This document shows positions 61,938 to 64,000 of a stretch of 64,000 bases of DNA, one piece after another. Position numbers and translations under genes: made by a program. Source of the stretch: Squalus acanthias (lineage: Eukaryota); contig CM059436.1 in the NCBI GenBank assembly GCA_030390025.1, forward strand, positions 39,246,001 to 39,310,000, written 5' to 3'. The number at the start of each line of letters is the position of its first letter. Position 1 is the first letter of the stretch. Below the pieces are notes generated by a model. The model saw nothing but the letters and a program-made list of their open reading frames with translations. It had not been told where the DNA came from and ran no database searches.

Positions 61938-62617
61938 GGCCCCGATTTGAAAGGGTGGTGGGAACAGTGCACGAGCCCCAAAGCAGGCGGCGCACCCAGA
62001 CAGTTCGGGGATGTGGAGGCCCGGTCAATCTTAATGGCGGGGCCTCATTTAAATAAAAGTTCCCGTCATCCGACCAGATTCATTACCTGGCCAGTGGGTG
62101 GGAGCAGTAATTTGGTGGCAGGAGGCCGAAGCCAGTGGCCCGTGGGAACAGTCACTGACAGTCAGTGGCAGGAGGGGTCTAGAGGCGATCGGGGGGGGGA
62201 GGCCAGGCCTGGGAGGCCCAAGGACTCCTTGCGACTTGGGGGGAGCACTCCTGCTCCTCCTGACCTACACACTCAAGGAGTTCTAACCAGAGCAAATTTT
62301 TAAAACTCACCTTGGCCTCTTCTGGCCAGTGGCGCCTTCCACCATGGTTTTGCTATCGGGCTGTAGCCAATGTGGGATTCCCCTGATGTGAAGTTAATAT
62401 TACGTTACGGTGCCGATGACGTCATCGGGTTGCAACTTTTGAATTTAAGTAGGCCCCCGCCTGCTTTTAGCGTGAGCCTCATCAATGGCCTGAATCGGCA
62501 TCATAAAAATCACGGCAGCTGGGAACGCAGCGGGTTGGAGCCAGGAGCTAGAATTTTCACATTTTAACCCCTCCCATGCACTATTCTTGCTGGGTGAGGA
62601 GGGTTAAAATCCTGTCT
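61938..62617. mobile_element. Harbinger-type MITE
   Basis: Ends ggccccgatttg / gggttaaaatcctgtct; shares cactcctgct...aaaact(t/c)acctt with 26918-27517; TSD not preserved. Confidence 0.75.
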
Positions 62618-64000
62618 GGGGGTCTCTTGAGTGTTATGTATTTATGTGCTGGTTTGCTGCTGACTGTCCACGGAGTTTCTCTAACGTATCTATCTCCCTC
62701 TCATGGTTTAGAACAGGCTGAGGAATACATTTTAAAGAAAATTGACTGGGTAAAAGAAAGTTATACTTGTATCTCTTAAACTCCAAAAGAGCTGCTAATA
62801 AGACATATATACAAATAAAACTTGCAAGATGCATGTGTTTGAATTGAGTGGATTGACCTCTCCCTATAGACTTCTGTTCAGACACAACATCTATATTCTG
62901 CAGTTGCCGTTTCAAAAAAGCTGGACCATTTTCCATGAATGAACCTGTTTCATGACAGAAAGAAAGTAGCCAATTCCATGTTACATTCTTTGTCACAATG
63001 GTTTTCTTAGCACTTGCACACTAGTATATTTCTTTTGCATTTAGCATCCAAATTTGGGATTTTAGAATTATGATTGCCAGAATATTTTCACTCATGTAAG
63101 AGAACATTTCTCCAAAATGTAGAGATATAAGCCAACCATGGTGTTCATTGTTTCTGTCTCAAACGCTTTCACTGTTTCTTTCTTTCACGTTCTTCAGTCT
63201 TTTGCTTTTTCAGTATAAACCTACTTGGAACTTTTGTTTTAATCACTATTTATTTCCCTTTATCCATTGGCGAACCGTTTGATATTTAAATTAAACAAAG
63301 CAACATTCCAGTGATAACAATAACTAGTGCGTAGCAACGTGCATTCTTTTGATCTGTTATCTATGTGTATTTTAAAACAGTTTATTTTAGATAAGTGCAT
63401 AGGAAAAATGAAAAGTTATTGATATATTTGATAAGCGTCTTAATTGCACTGAGGCTGTGAATGCTATCAGCCTGCTTTCGCTATCAGCATTTGAAAGCAA
63501 TTCTTCAATATTTGGTGATAATATTTTTGATTATGTCGTGACGTAATGTTTTGCTGTTAGGTGCACATGACCAGTTACATTTGATAAGACCAAAGACTCT
63601 GGAGTCAGTTGTCTGTGCTTTTTTTCACAAAGTTAGATAAAAAAGGAACAGTACCACACAGATATGGAAGGATAGTGCAACTTAAATGTATTTTCAATTA
63701 AGTATTTGAACTTGAATTTCAGTAGCTTGTTGGATATTTAAGTAATTCATTTTCAGGGCTGTTAATGTTTCTACACAATCTCAAAACATGCAAGCAAGTT
63801 ATGCTATATTTTGATTACTATAGTCATATTTTTTTGATGAAGATATTGAATGTAGTGATTGTCCATAAAGTCATAAAAATAATACTTTAATTTTGTGCCA
63901 AGAATAGTTTGATACTTTACTATAATTTCCTGTTTTGTAAATTAGTGCTTAAAAGAAAATGTAACTAATGGTGAAGTCAATCTTTTCATTGCATTACTTG

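Noticed and set aside
1-64000. Most of the supplied ORFs as genes
   Set aside because: They are short, often start at non-ATG codons and show no recognisable domains. The meaningful ones are all TE-derived (Harbinger, CR1, L2).

Overview
Eukaryotic, AT-rich, almost entirely non-coding DNA whose repeat content points to a cartilaginous fish (shark). It carries HER1/CR1-type LINE 3' ends, L2 LINEs, Deu-domain (SacSINE1/AmnSINE1-like) SINEs and a Penelope-type terminal fragment. I could not recognise any host protein-coding gene, so the window looks like a large intron or gene desert. The dominant feature is a dense PIF/Harbinger radiation. It includes two decayed two-gene elements (3362-7039 and ~54503-58138; DDE transposase on +, Myb/SANT gene convergent on -, spliced in the first element) and an inverted pair of internally deleted Myb-retaining derivatives (36285-37851, 42245-44000). 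About ten MITEs or MITE fragments share a GG(G/C)NNN-GAWTTT terminus, several with 3-bp TSDs, and many carry CRE/octamer motifs and consensus splice donors. Also present are two homologous hairpin elements resembling Eulor6/CryptonA repeats, several nested insertions with readable TSDs, a strong CTCF motif, long repeat-poor enhancer-like blocks and a few candidate minus-strand exons. I found no clearly new biological system. The best leads are the promoter-plus-splice-donor cassettes spread by the Harbinger MITEs, the Myb-retaining non-autonomous family and the Crypton-like hairpins. All alignments were made by eye, and repeat family names come from recall and need a Dfam/Repbase check.
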